From: an uncultured Gammaproteobacteria bacterium
GTDB lineage: Bacteria > Patescibacteriota > Patescibacteriia > Magasanikbacterales > GWA2-37-8
Reading direction: 5' to 3'
DNA: 59,173 nt
Assembly: GCA_964482695.1 (NCBI GenBank)
Contig: CAYZYP010000005.1
Coordinates: 1-59,173 of the forward strand
The notes beneath the pieces were generated by a model. It was not told where the DNA came from. It searched no databases and saw only the letters and a list, made by a program, of their open reading frames with translations. A program made the translations under genes and the position numbers. Shown here one piece after another: positions 49,724-59,173 of the stretch; the stretch's first letter is position 1, and every line of letters begins with the position of its first letter.

Positions 49724-50476
49724 CTATAGATGTCGCGCTTGATTATGCGCCTCCCATTCTAGAGTATCATCAAGGGGTATTAATGCCACTTCTTTTTTAT
49801 ATTTTTGTTCCAAAGCTGTTTTAATTAGCCAGTCGGCCAAATGAGGATTTTTGGGAAGCAGTGGGCCGTGTAAATAGGTGCCGATAGTATTTTTGTAAAC
49901 AATACCCTCGGTTTTGTCTTCACTGTTATTACCAGAGCCGACAATGACTCGCCCAAGTGGCTGTGTGTTTTTGCCAAGATATGTTCTGCCGCCATGATTT
50001 TCAAAACCAACAATAATTTTATTTTCTAATTCTTTGATGCCAATAATTTTTGTACTAACATTGCCAACACATCTTTTTTTGTCTCGGCCAAAATGTTGGG
50101 TGTGTAAATCTATTACCCCCAAGCCAGGTATGCCTACTCCGTCATATGGCTGGTAATAATGGCCGAGCATTTGTAGGCCGCCACAAATAAACAAACCAAC
50201 TCCATTGTTTTTAATATATTCTTTTAACCAAGGCCACTTATTAATTAAGAAATCTTCATATAATAATTTTTGGTCTGTGTCTTCGCCTCCGCCCATAAAG
50301 ATGATCGTAGATTTCAGATCGTAGATTTCAGATTGTGGTTGTGAGCCGATCGTAATCGGTATTACCTCAACTTCAATATTTCTCCACTGGCAGCGTTTTA
50401 CTAAGCATTCAATATTGCCTTGGTCGCCGTAGAGGTTTAGGAGGTCGGGATAGAGATGAATAATAGCGATTCGCAT
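49724..50476 (-). CDS. gatD: Lipid II amidotransferase, glutaminase subunit
   Basis: LNLYGDQGN, ICGGLQMLG, GFENHGG, YLHGPLLPKN. Confidence 0.9.
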   Translation of the reverse strand: MRIAIIHLYPDLLNLYGDQGNIECLVKRCQWRNIEVEVIPITIGSQPQSEIYDLKSTIIFMGGGEDTDQKLLYEDFLINKWPWLKEYIKNNGVGLFICGGLQMLGHYYQPYDGVGIPGLGVIDLHTQHFGRDKKRCVGNVSTKIIGIKELENKIIVGFENHGGRTYLGKNTQPLGRVIVGSGNNSEDKTEGIVYKNTIGTYLHGPLLPKNPHLADWLIKTALEQKYKKEVALIPLDDTLEWEAHNQARHL

Positions 50477-50479
50477 AAT

Positions 50480-51637
50480 TTATAATATTTTTTTTCCACA
50501 CAATATTTTTCTTGTTTCCAACATTGCCGAATAAGTTGGTAAAATTAATATAAGCTCGTTTGGTTGCGCCTGTTCTGTGATTGTCGTAATTATTTTATTT
50601 AGGTCTTTGTTATGAGTTATTTGTGATGTTTCTAAGCCAGCGTATTTTAATCGTAAAGCAAAATCTGCCGCTCGTTTACCGGAAACAAATATTTTTTTAT
50701 TTTGGCAAGTTTTGTTTAATAAATCAGATTTAATATCGTAAATCCACGAGACGTCGCTACCATCGGGAATGTTATCATTTAAAATAAACAGGATTGATTT
50801 AGTGTGTGGCAGTTCTTCTATAATAGTTTCTAGGTTAATATTAAAACTCGCTGGATTTTTGGCTAAAAGAATTTTAAATATTTTTTCATTAATAATAATT
50901 TCTTCGCCACGGCCAAAAGCTGGTTTGAAATTTCTTATAGCTTTGTCTATTTTTTTTTCGGGAACATTTAATATTTTAGCCGCTGTCATGGTTGCCAAAG
51001 CATTAAGTTTGTTGTGTTTGCCCAACAAATGATTGATTTGCGGGTTGTTTGTTAAATCGTTTAAAGAAAAATAAGATGTTTTTCCTTTAAATTTTTCTCC
51101 CAAACTGGCAATTCTTTGATTATCTTTGTTAATAACTAAATTTACTTCTGTTGGCAATTTTTTTAAGGCCTCGGCCCATTTTTGGCGCATAATTTCTACT
51201 TCGCCATAACGATCTAATTGATCGCGTGAAAGGTTGAGTAATATGATTATTTTTGGCGTAAAAAGTTGTAAAGCTTTTGGTAAATTAGCCTCGTCGATTT
51301 CAAATACCGCGATATCTGCCCGTGATTTGCCCAACATATTACTATTAATAATAAAAGAAGAAGCCAGGCCATTTAACAAATTAGCGCCACTGATATTGTG
51401 CAGCACTTTTAAGTCGTTTTCACGCAAAATATCGGCTGTTAGGTAGGCTGTTGTTGTTTTGCCGTTAGTGCCAGAGATCAAAATAACTCCTTTAGTAATT
51501 TGATTGGCCATCTGGCGCAAGAAGCTTTTATTTAATTTCAAAGCAACCTCACCCGGCCATGTGGCGCCAGCGCCTAAGCGTAAAATTTTGGAAGTCAGAA
51601 AAATAAGTTTGCCTAAATATATCAGAAGGAGATTCAT
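50480..51637 (-). CDS. murT: Lipid II amidotransferase, Mur-ligase subunit
   Basis: SGTNGKTTT, RDQLDRYGE, LAKNP, DVSW, TYSAM. Confidence 0.9.
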   Translation of the reverse strand: MNLLLIYLGKLIFLTSKILRLGAGATWPGEVALKLNKSFLRQMANQITKGVILISGTNGKTTTAYLTADILRENDLKVLHNISGANLLNGLASSFIINSNMLGKSRADIAVFEIDEANLPKALQLFTPKIIILLNLSRDQLDRYGEVEIMRQKWAEALKKLPTEVNLVINKDNQRIASLGEKFKGKTSYFSLNDLTNNPQINHLLGKHNKLNALATMTAAKILNVPEKKIDKAIRNFKPAFGRGEEIIINEKIFKILLAKNPASFNINLETIIEELPHTKSILFILNDNIPDGSDVSWIYDIKSDLLNKTCQNKKIFVSGKRAADFALRLKYAGLETSQITHNKDLNKIITTITEQAQPNELILILPTYSAMLETRKILCGKKIL

Positions 51638-51791
51638 ATAACTCTAATATTATATGTTACTTGAAAAAAAGTCCAATTAATGATATTCTCGTATAAACCC
51701 TTCCTTGTGACAGAGACCGAAGGGTATATAAACTCCTCGGCTCGGAAAAGCAAACTTGTTTGCTTTTCACTCACCTGCGTCGCTTATAAAT

Positions 51792-51863
51792 GGTACCGTG
51801 GCCAAGTGGTAAGGCGAAGCTCTGCAAAAGCTTTATTCGCCGGTTCGAATCCGGCCGGTACCT
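51792..51863 (+). tRNA. tRNA-Cys (GCA)
   Basis: GGTACCG/CGGTACC acceptor, loop CTGCAAA, U discriminator. Confidence 0.95.
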
Positions 51864-51868
51864 CACTT

Positions 51869-54724
51869 ATGGATAAACTCGTTATAATAGACGGTAACGC
51901 CATTATTCATCGCGCTTATCACGCCATACCACCGCTTACCGACAAAAATGGGCGGATGATTAACGCCGCGTATGGTTTTACTTCCATGCTACTTAAGGTG
52001 TGGCGCGACTTAAAGCCAACACATATCGTGGTTACTTTTGATATGGCTGGGCCGACTTTTCGGCATGAAAAATTTAAAGAATATAAAGCCACGCGGGTAA
52101 AAGCCGACCAAGAATTGTATGATCAAATTCCTTTGGTACACGATGTAGTGCGTGCTTTTAATATTCCGATTTACGAGAAAAAAGGTTACGAAGCGGACGA
52201 TGTGATTGGCACGATTGTAAGCTTGGTTTGTCATCCTGAGGGAGTAAAACGACCGAAGGATCTTTTGATACAAAGACACACCTTATCAGAAAGATCCTTC
52301 ACTGCGCTTCGCTCCGTTCAGGATGACAATTTGGTAATTTATATTGTTACCGGTGATATGGATACGTTGCAACTGGTTCAGCCAGGGGTAAAAGTATATA
52401 CTTTGCGCAAGGGGATGAGCGACGTGGTGATTTACGACGAAGAAGAAGTAAAAAAACGTTATGGTTTTGGTCCGGAAATGGTGGTAGATTACAAAGCTTT
52501 GCGCGGTGATGCTTCGGATAATATTCCTGGTGTTCTAGGGATTGGCGAAAAAACGGCGACAGAATTGATTAAAGAGATCGGGGGGGTAGATGAAATATAT
52601 AAACAAATCCGAAATCCGAAATCCGAAATCCGAAATAAATTGAAACAATCAGTTATAAAAAAATTAGAAGACGGAGAGAAAAGCGCTGAAATGAGCAAGG
52701 AATTAGCCACGTTGGATTGCAGTGTGCCGGAATTAAATTTTAAGTTGACAGATTGTCTAGCGCATGATTTTGACAAAGATAAAGTTATTAAAATATTTCA
52801 AGAACTTGAATTCGTGTCACTACTCAAAAGAGTGCCTGGGTTAGAGGCTCCAAACGCCAATAGCCAAATGTTAAAAGCCGAAGGCAAACGAGGCAAAAAG
52901 AGTTTGACCGAGTTTAAATTTAGCGAAATTAAAAAGTCGGATGAATTAGATGAAATAATTAAACTAATCGCAGAAAAAAAAGTGTTTGCCAGCAAGGCTA
53001 TTTTAAACAGCAAGGATGTTTTTAGCAGTGAATTATTGGGGATTGTTTTAGTGGTGGGGTACGAAGGTTTTTATGTTAGAAAAAATTTATTAGAAAAAAT
53101 TTTAACGGTTTTTGATGACAGTGAATTAGAAATGGTAGGCCACGATTTAAAACAAACCATTAAAATATTAAATATTAAGAATTCAGTTTTAGTTAAAAAT
53201 AAAATTTTTGACACTCAAATTGCCTCTTACTTACTTAACCCCGGCAGTAGAGCGCACGATCCAACCAGTATTGTTTTAAAATTTTTAGGCACCGAATTGC
53301 CAACTGGCAGTGGCCAGGAAAGTTTATTTGGTGTTGACGCGAGAGCAGTGGCCAATGAACTATATTTATTATTACAAACAGTTGAAAAACTTAAAAATGA
53401 GCTGGATAAAGCCAATAATTTGGGGTTATTTAGGCTTATAGAAATGCCACTAGCCCATGTTTTGGCGGAAATGGAATTAAACGGCGTGGCTGTTGATTTA
53501 AACATGTTAAATAAGTTATCAAAAGAGGTTGCCGAAGAAATTAAAAAGACAAGTAAAAATATTTATAATATGTCCGGCGAGGAGTTTAATATTGCCTCGC
53601 CTTTGCAATTGCGGGAAGTTCTTTTTGATAAAATGCAGATACCGGTTATGGGAATTAAAAAAGGTAAAACCGGTCTTTCTACTTCGGCCGAACAATTAGA
53701 AAAATTACGCGGTTTGCATCCGATTATTGATGAAATAGAAACTTATCGCGAACTGGCTAAATTGCAAAATACCTATATTGACGTTTTACCAACTTTGGTA
53801 AATAAAAAGACCAATCGCATTCATACTACTTTTAACCAAGCCGTGACAGCTACTGGCCGGCTATCTAGCTCTGATCCTAATTTACAAAATATTCCAATTC
53901 GCACCGAGCTTGGCCGAGAAATCAGAAAATCTTTTGTGGCGGAAAAAGGTAATAGTTTGGTGGTCGCTGACTATTCGCAAATAGAATTGAGAATTGTGGC
54001 TTCTCTGGCCAAAGATAAAAAGATGATGGAGATTTTTAATCAAGACAAAGACATTCACCAAGCTACAGCTGCTTTTATTAATGGCATTTCACTGGAAAAT
54101 GTGACCAAAGAAATGCGTAGTGCGGCCAAAGCGGTTAACTTTGGAGTCTTGTATGGTATGGGATCCTATGGTTTAAGCGGGCGGACCGGCATGCAGGTTT
54201 GGGAAGCCAAGGATTTTATTAAAAAATATTTTGAACAGTTTAGCGAGGTAAGAAAATATTTGGATCAGACTTTGGAATTTACCAAAAAAGAGGGCTACTG
54301 TGAAACACTATTTGGTCGTCGGCGTTATTTGCCGGAACTCAATTCACCGAATTTTCAAATTAGATCAGCGGCCGAGCGCATGGCCATAAATCATCCGGTA
54401 CAAGGCACGGCCGCGGATATTATGAAAATGGCGATGATTGAGGTTTATAAAAGTATTCACAATGTCATCCTGAGCGAAGCGAAGGATCTTTTCGTACAGA
54501 CGCGTCGTAGACAGAAAGATTCTTCGGCTTCGCCTCAGAATGACAATGTGGGTGAGGTAAAACTCATTCTTCAAGTTCACGACGAGTTGGTTTTAGAAGT
54601 TAAAAAGGGTTTAGAGAAAGAAGCTAGCGAAATGATCAAAAAAACAATGGAGGAAGTTGTCAAATTAAACGTGCCGGTGAAAGTAGAAGTAAATTGGGGA
54701 GAAAGATGGGGAGAGATAAAATGA
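51869..54724 (+). CDS. polA: DNA polymerase I (true start after tRNA-Cys)
   Basis: MDKLVIIDGNAIIHRAYHA, DYSQIELR, QVHDEL; carries in-frame repeat insertions. Confidence 0.96.
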   Translation: MDKLVIIDGNAIIHRAYHAIPPLTDKNGRMINAAYGFTSMLLKVWRDLKPTHIVVTFDMAGPTFRHEKFKEYKATRVKADQELYDQIPLVHDVVRAFNIPIYEKKGYEADDVIGTIVSLVCHPEGVKRPKDLLIQRHTLSERSFTALRSVQDDNLVIYIVTGDMDTLQLVQPGVKVYTLRKGMSDVVIYDEEEVKKRYGFGPEMVVDYKALRGDASDNIPGVLGIGEKTATELIKEIGGVDEIYKQIRNPKSEIRNKLKQSVIKKLEDGEKSAEMSKELATLDCSVPELNFKLTDCLAHDFDKDKVIKIFQELEFVSLLKRVPGLEAPNANSQMLKAEGKRGKKSLTEFKFSEIKKSDELDEIIKLIAEKKVFASKAILNSKDVFSSELLGIVLVVGYEGFYVRKNLLEKILTVFDDSELEMVGHDLKQTIKILNIKNSVLVKNKIFDTQIASYLLNPGSRAHDPTSIVLKFLGTELPTGSGQESLFGVDARAVANELYLLLQTVEKLKNELDKANNLGLFRLIEMPLAHVLAEMELNGVAVDLNMLNKLSKEVAEEIKKTSKNIYNMSGEEFNIASPLQLREVLFDKMQIPVMGIKKGKTGLSTSAEQLEKLRGLHPIIDEIETYRELAKLQNTYIDVLPTLVNKKTNRIHTTFNQAVTATGRLSSSDPNLQNIPIRTELGREIRKSFVAEKGNSLVVADYSQIELRIVASLAKDKKMMEIFNQDKDIHQATAAFINGISLENVTKEMRSAAKAVNFGVLYGMGSYGLSGRTGMQVWEAKDFIKKYFEQFSEVRKYLDQTLEFTKKEGYCETLFGRRRYLPELNSPNFQIRSAAERMAINHPVQGTAADIMKMAMIEVYKSIHNVILSEAKDLFVQTRRRQKDSSASPQNDNVGEVKLILQVHDELVLEVKKGLEKEASEMIKKTMEEVVKLNVPVKVEVNWGERWGEIK
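52228..52329. repeat. Palindromic element inserted in frame in polA (5' nuclease domain)
   Basis: TTGTCATCCTGA...TCAGGATGACAA; encodes CHPEGVKRPKDL...RSFTALRSVQDD. Confidence 0.85.
52605..52636 (+). repeat. Heptamer repeat (AAATCCG)4 in polA
   Basis: Encodes IRNPKSEIRN; related heptamer run at 50303-50344 in gatD. Confidence 0.8.
54463..54545. repeat. Second palindromic element inserted in frame in polA (polymerase domain)
   Basis: TGTCATCCTGAGCGAAGCGAAGGATCT...AGATTCTTCGGCTTCGCCTCAGAATGACA. Confidence 0.85.
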
Positions 54725-54838
54725 CATGACACATAATTTAAGATAACACATTTCAAATTATTTGTAGGGGTCGCATATATGCGACCCGAGGGTTATTAAA
54801 AAACACCTGTTTAGAGGTGTTTACGTGTTTCCGTGCAA

Positions 54839-55867
54839 CTATATCCACCTCTTTCTTTTAAAAAAAATCATCATTATTAAACAGACCGACAACATTACAC
54901 CAGCCATAATGGGAAAACCCCAAAACCAATATAGTCCGGGCATGTATTTAAAATTCATGCCATAAAGTCCGGCCAAAAAAGATAAAGGCATGAAAATTGT
55001 GGTGATAATTGTTAAAATTTTCATTACGGAATTTAATTTGTTGCTAACAGAAGACAAATAAACATCCAACATACTGGATAACATATCGCGGTATGTTTCA
55101 ATCGTATCAATTACTTGAATGGTATGTTCATAAAGATCGCGCAAATAAATGTTGGTGTGTTTTTTAATTAAAGCTGAATCGCCTCGTTCCAAAACATTCA
55201 CCACTTCGCGCATTGGCCAAGCGTATTTACGCAAAGCGATCATTTCTCTTTTTAAAGTATGTAAAATTTTTAAAGTTTTTGGCGTTGGATTAGCAATTAA
55301 TTCATTTTCTAAATTTTCAATTTTTTCGCCAAATGTTTCCAAAATATGAAAATAGCCATTAATAATTTCGTCCATCAACCGATAAGCCAAATAGTCGGTG
55401 CCAGACTGGCGAATTTTCGTTTTTGGCTGGCGAATGTGCTCACGAATTTTATCAAAAACATCGCCTTTGATTCCCTGCTGAAAAGATAGAACAAATTTGT
55501 CGGCGATAATAATACTAAGTTGTTCGCAAATATTATTTTTGCCTGCCGGATCCGGATAAACCATTTTTAAAACCACGCAGATATAGTCGTCCATTATTTC
55601 AATTTTGGATCGTTGTTTGGTATTGGTGATATCTTCCAAAATTACTGGATGCAATTCAAATCCCAGGCCCAATTTGGCCAAAAAATCCGCCGGCGGGACA
55701 TTGTCAATATTTATCCAGGTGATAGTTGGAGTTTTTTTGAATTCAATACACTCTTCCAGAGTTTTCACTTTTTTTTCAATAAAATTATTTTCATCATAAT
55801 CAAAAACAGTAATGTTGTTTTGCGGCAGTCCTTTGATTTTTATTTCATTGTTTATTTCTTTGGACAT
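54839..55867 (-). CDS. corA: Magnesium transporter CorA
   Basis: LHPVILED, YGMNF motif, two C-terminal TM. Confidence 0.95.
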   Translation of the reverse strand: MSKEINNEIKIKGLPQNNITVFDYDENNFIEKKVKTLEECIEFKKTPTITWINIDNVPPADFLAKLGLGFELHPVILEDITNTKQRSKIEIMDDYICVVLKMVYPDPAGKNNICEQLSIIIADKFVLSFQQGIKGDVFDKIREHIRQPKTKIRQSGTDYLAYRLMDEIINGYFHILETFGEKIENLENELIANPTPKTLKILHTLKREMIALRKYAWPMREVVNVLERGDSALIKKHTNIYLRDLYEHTIQVIDTIETYRDMLSSMLDVYLSSVSNKLNSVMKILTIITTIFMPLSFLAGLYGMNFKYMPGLYWFWGFPIMAGVMLSVCLIMMIFFKRKRWI

Positions 55868-55988
55868 AGTAATGATATTATACTATATTTTATAAAATAA
55901 GGCGATATTGGAATTTGTTGTTTACAATTGGTTGACAAATTATATTATAAGTGCTATAATACTATTTGTCTACCTAGTGTCAACCAAT

Positions 55989-57014
55989 ATGGATGTAAAA
56001 AAGCTAATCTTAGATAAAATTAAACAAAAAGGGCAAATTAAGTCGGCTGAGATAATAAAACAGACTGGTTTGTCGCGCGCTTATATTAATCGGATGTTGC
56101 AGGAATTGAGAAATGAGGGAAAAATTATTTTGCTTGGTCAAACCAGAAAAGCAATTTATATTTTGGCTGATAAGGAATCCGTAGCACTGGCTAAACAGCA
56201 AGTATTGGAATTTAAAGAAATTTGCGCGAATAAAAATTTGAATGAAGATTTTGTTTTGGATGAAATTAAAAAACAAACCGGCATATTTTTTGATTTGCCC
56301 AAAAATATAATTGGCGCGCTTGATTTCGCGTTTTTGGAAATATTAAATAATGCCATTGAGCACTCACATTCCAAAGACATAATGGTTAAAGTGGAAACAA
56401 ACGCAGATGATATAAAATTTTGGATAATTGATCAGGGCATAGGTATTTTTAATAGCATTAAGAAGAAATTTGCTTTTGCCGATGATTTGGTCGCCATTGA
56501 GCATTTATTAAAAGGCAAACAAACTACTGATCCTAAACGACATAGCGGGCAGGGTATATTTTTTACTTCCAAATTAGCCGATGTATTTACGATAATAAGC
56601 GGACGTAAACGGTTAAGGTTTATAAAAGAACTGGATGATATATTTATAGATGATATTCAAGAATTTTCTGGCACAAAAATATTTTTTTCCATAAATAAAA
56701 GCAGTAAAACGCAGGCCAAGAAAGTTTTTGACGAGTTTTCTAACGAAGAATTTGAGTTTAGCAAAACCAAAATTTTAATTAAATTATCAAAAAACAGCCA
56801 AGGTCTGATTTCCCGTTCCGAAGCGCGCCGGATTATGTTTGGTTTGGATAAATTTAAAGAAATTGTTTTGGATTTTAAGGGCGTAGAAACAGTTGGCCAA
56901 GGTTTTGTCGATGAAGTATTCAGGGTTTGGCAAAATAAATATCCAGAAATAAAAATTAGTTATGTTAACGCCAATGAGAATGTGGAGTTTATGGTGAGAA
57001 GGGCGTTGAGATAA
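55989..57014 (+). CDS. HTH + HATPase + STAS-like (DUF4325) protein
   Basis: N-terminal HTH, EILNNAIEHS, D.GIGIF, HSGQGIFF, LDFKGV..VGQGF.DE. Confidence 0.85.
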   Translation: MDVKKLILDKIKQKGQIKSAEIIKQTGLSRAYINRMLQELRNEGKIILLGQTRKAIYILADKESVALAKQQVLEFKEICANKNLNEDFVLDEIKKQTGIFFDLPKNIIGALDFAFLEILNNAIEHSHSKDIMVKVETNADDIKFWIIDQGIGIFNSIKKKFAFADDLVAIEHLLKGKQTTDPKRHSGQGIFFTSKLADVFTIISGRKRLRFIKELDDIFIDDIQEFSGTKIFFSINKSSKTQAKKVFDEFSNEEFEFSKTKILIKLSKNSQGLISRSEARRIMFGLDKFKEIVLDFKGVETVGQGFVDEVFRVWQNKYPEIKISYVNANENVEFMVRRALR

Positions 57015-57150
57015 AAAGTATTATTAAATTTATATTTTCCCCTCGGCGGCTTGGACTAAGAGTAGAACAAAAGTGGCGGTCTTGACAACAGGTATTGTAT
57101 ATGATAATATAAAATATATATTTAAATTATCATGTAATTTTAAACTAAAT

Positions 57151-58293
57151 ATGTATGAAAGAATACAAAAATTTCAAGGTTTAGGCCAAGAAAGCTGTTT
57201 TTTGTGGGGTCCTCGTCAAAGTGGTAAAAGTACATTGTTGAAGACCTTATTTCCAAATTCCCCATATTATGATTTGCTTTTATCAGATGAATTTGCTCGG
57301 CTTAATCGTCGGCCGGCTCTGTTACGCGAGGAACTTTTGGCGCGCCAGTTTAAGGCGCCAGTGATTGTGGATGAGGTACAAAAGATACCGCAATTGCTTG
57401 ATGAAATTCAATGGCTGATAGTTAATAAAAATATCCAATTCATTCTTTGCGGTTCAAGCGCGCGGAAACTAAAAAGAAGAAGCGGCAATTTGTTGGGTGG
57501 ACGGGCATTGCGTTATGAAATGTTTCCCTTGGTGTCGCCAGAAATTCCGGATTTTGATCTTTTGAAGGCTTTAAACAATGGGCTTATACCAAAACACTAT
57601 CAAGCCAATCGTCCAAATCTCTTGCTTCGTTCATATATTGGTGATTATTTAAAAGAAGAAATAGCAGCCGAAGCTCTTACGCGAAATATTCCGGCCTTTG
57701 CCCGATTTTTAGAAGTCGCGTCTTTTAGTAATGGCGAATTGATAAATTTTACTAATATCGCCAGAGAGTGTGGTGTGAGCGTGCCAACCGCCAAAGAATA
57801 TTTTCAAATTTTAGTTGATACACTTTTGGCGCGATTTGTACCTTCATTTCAAAAGAAAGCCAAAAGACGGGTTATTCAAGCGTCAAAATTTTATTTTTTT
57901 GATGTTGGCATCGCCAATACTCTGCTTAAAAGAAATTCTGTTGTGCCGGGAAACGAAATGTTTGGGAAAGCGTTTGAACATTTTATTTTTCAAGAAATAG
58001 TAGCGCATAGTCATTATTCTGGTTTAGAATATCCGATTTGTTATTGGCGAACAGCGTCTGGATTTGAAGTGGATTTTATTTTAGGTGATCAAGATATAGC
58101 GGTGGAGGTTAAAGGGACTCACGAAGTTCAATTACATCACTTACGTGGCCTTCGCGCGTTTCAAGGTGAATTTAAACCGAAAAAAACAATTGTTGTTTCG
58201 CTTGATGTTCAGCCGCGCGCAGTTGATGGCATTAGTATCGTACCGTGGAAAATGTTCTTGCGTGATTTGTGGGCGGGGATGATAGTTAAATAA
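57151..58293 (+). CDS. AAA ATPase with DUF4143 domain
   Basis: GPRQSGKST, VDEVQK, KFYFFDVG, YWRT..G.EVDF. Confidence 0.88.
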   Translation: MYERIQKFQGLGQESCFLWGPRQSGKSTLLKTLFPNSPYYDLLLSDEFARLNRRPALLREELLARQFKAPVIVDEVQKIPQLLDEIQWLIVNKNIQFILCGSSARKLKRRSGNLLGGRALRYEMFPLVSPEIPDFDLLKALNNGLIPKHYQANRPNLLLRSYIGDYLKEEIAAEALTRNIPAFARFLEVASFSNGELINFTNIARECGVSVPTAKEYFQILVDTLLARFVPSFQKKAKRRVIQASKFYFFDVGIANTLLKRNSVVPGNEMFGKAFEHFIFQEIVAHSHYSGLEYPICYWRTASGFEVDFILGDQDIAVEVKGTHEVQLHHLRGLRAFQGEFKPKKTIVVSLDVQPRAVDGISIVPWKMFLRDLWAGMIVK

Positions 58294-58326
58294 ACAAAAA
58301 ATTATTATTTAAATTTATGAAGTCGC

Positions 58327-58842
58327 TTGAAATATTTGTTATATATGTTTCCATGGGAAATGGAAGGATATATATTAAAAAATAAACTGGGTAATAAAGA
58401 GATAGAAGAACGTAGAAAATTTTCTTGTTTGTTGGTAAACAATAGCCATGTTAAAATTCTGGCGGGAGAGAAAGCGCGAGAATATTATAATTACTTAGGC
58501 GTAGAAAAAGAAATGTCTGATGTAACTGAGATAAAAGGACAGTGCGCTTATATGGGTAAAGCAAGAGGGGTAGTAAAATTAATTTTTACTCCTAGCGACA
58601 TGCACAAGATGAACGAAGGAAATATATTGATATCGCAGGCGACTAGTCCAGATTTAATTACGGCCATGAAGAAAGCAGCCGCTATCGTGACAAATACTGG
58701 CGGGTTGATTTGTCATGCCGCTATCACAGCTCGAGAATTAAAAATTCCGTGTGTGGTAGGAACCATCAATGCCACTCTTATTTTTAAAGATGGCGATTAT
58801 ATTGAAGTTGACGCTGTTAGGGGGGTAGTCAGAAAATTATAG
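58327..58842 (+). CDS. PEP-utilising enzyme mobile-domain protein (possibly 5'-truncated)
   Basis: AIVTNTGGLICHAAITARELKIPCVVG. Confidence 0.8.
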   Translation: MKYLLYMFPWEMEGYILKNKLGNKEIEERRKFSCLLVNNSHVKILAGEKAREYYNYLGVEKEMSDVTEIKGQCAYMGKARGVVKLIFTPSDMHKMNEGNILISQATSPDLITAMKKAAAIVTNTGGLICHAAITARELKIPCVVGTINATLIFKDGDYIEVDAVRGVVRKL

Positions 58843-59173
58843 AAAATTAGTACAAAGTTATAACGACTATTTTGAAGAGTTGTGGAATAAATAGTGATAA
58901 TTCACGCAGAAAATGTTTGAGATGGTGTGGTTGGGCGCAAAGTAAAAATAAACCACGGCCAATCAAGGCCGTGTTTTATTTAAGTTGGAGGGCCGCCGGT
59001 CCCTCCGTTAGGATTTGTGTGTTAAAAAAAGAACTCCCAGCACCAACACAATCAGCCCTCCAAATAGGAAGTAAGCAGTCGTCAGTAGTACTAGCGTACC
59101 CAACTTTAATTTATTCATTCTATAATGGTCTGGTAAATCTAGACAATAAATTTTCAGAAATGAGAGACTGTGG

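Noticed and set aside
51680-51868. N-terminal extension of PolA in the ORF track
   Set aside because: It reads through tRNA-Cys; the PolA motif begins at ATG 51869

Overview
AT-rich chromosomal window, most likely from a Patescibacteria/CPR genome (inference from gene content and the lack of Shine-Dalgarno motifs on most core genes). The right half is the replication-origin region: dnaN-oriC-dnaA, rpmH-rnpA-yidD, tig, uppS, hppA, murT/gatD, tRNA-Cys, polA and corA. The left half holds two related integrated rolling-circle elements, each ending in a large serine recombinase that reads into a tRNA-Ser. Element 1 (about 59-6106, at tRNA-Ser CGA) has Rep, integrase and cargo but no virion genes, so it looks like a satellite. 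Element 2 (about 12490-27871, at tRNA-Ser TGA) is an inovirus-like prophage with SSB, coat, pIII-, pVI- and Zot-like genes and Rep, plus regulatory and methyltransferase cargo. The main unexplained signals are: (i) a cassette in element 2 where two tandem Met-rich leader-peptide attenuators control an ORFan and two atypical tRNA-Met(CAT)-like genes; (ii) a covarying pseudoknotted RNA in front of both recombinases; (iii) att sites inside the integrase 3' ends, so the C-terminus changes on integration; (iv) several GC-rich, SD-led mini-islands and stand-alone structured RNAs. All calls are by eye; no database searches were run.
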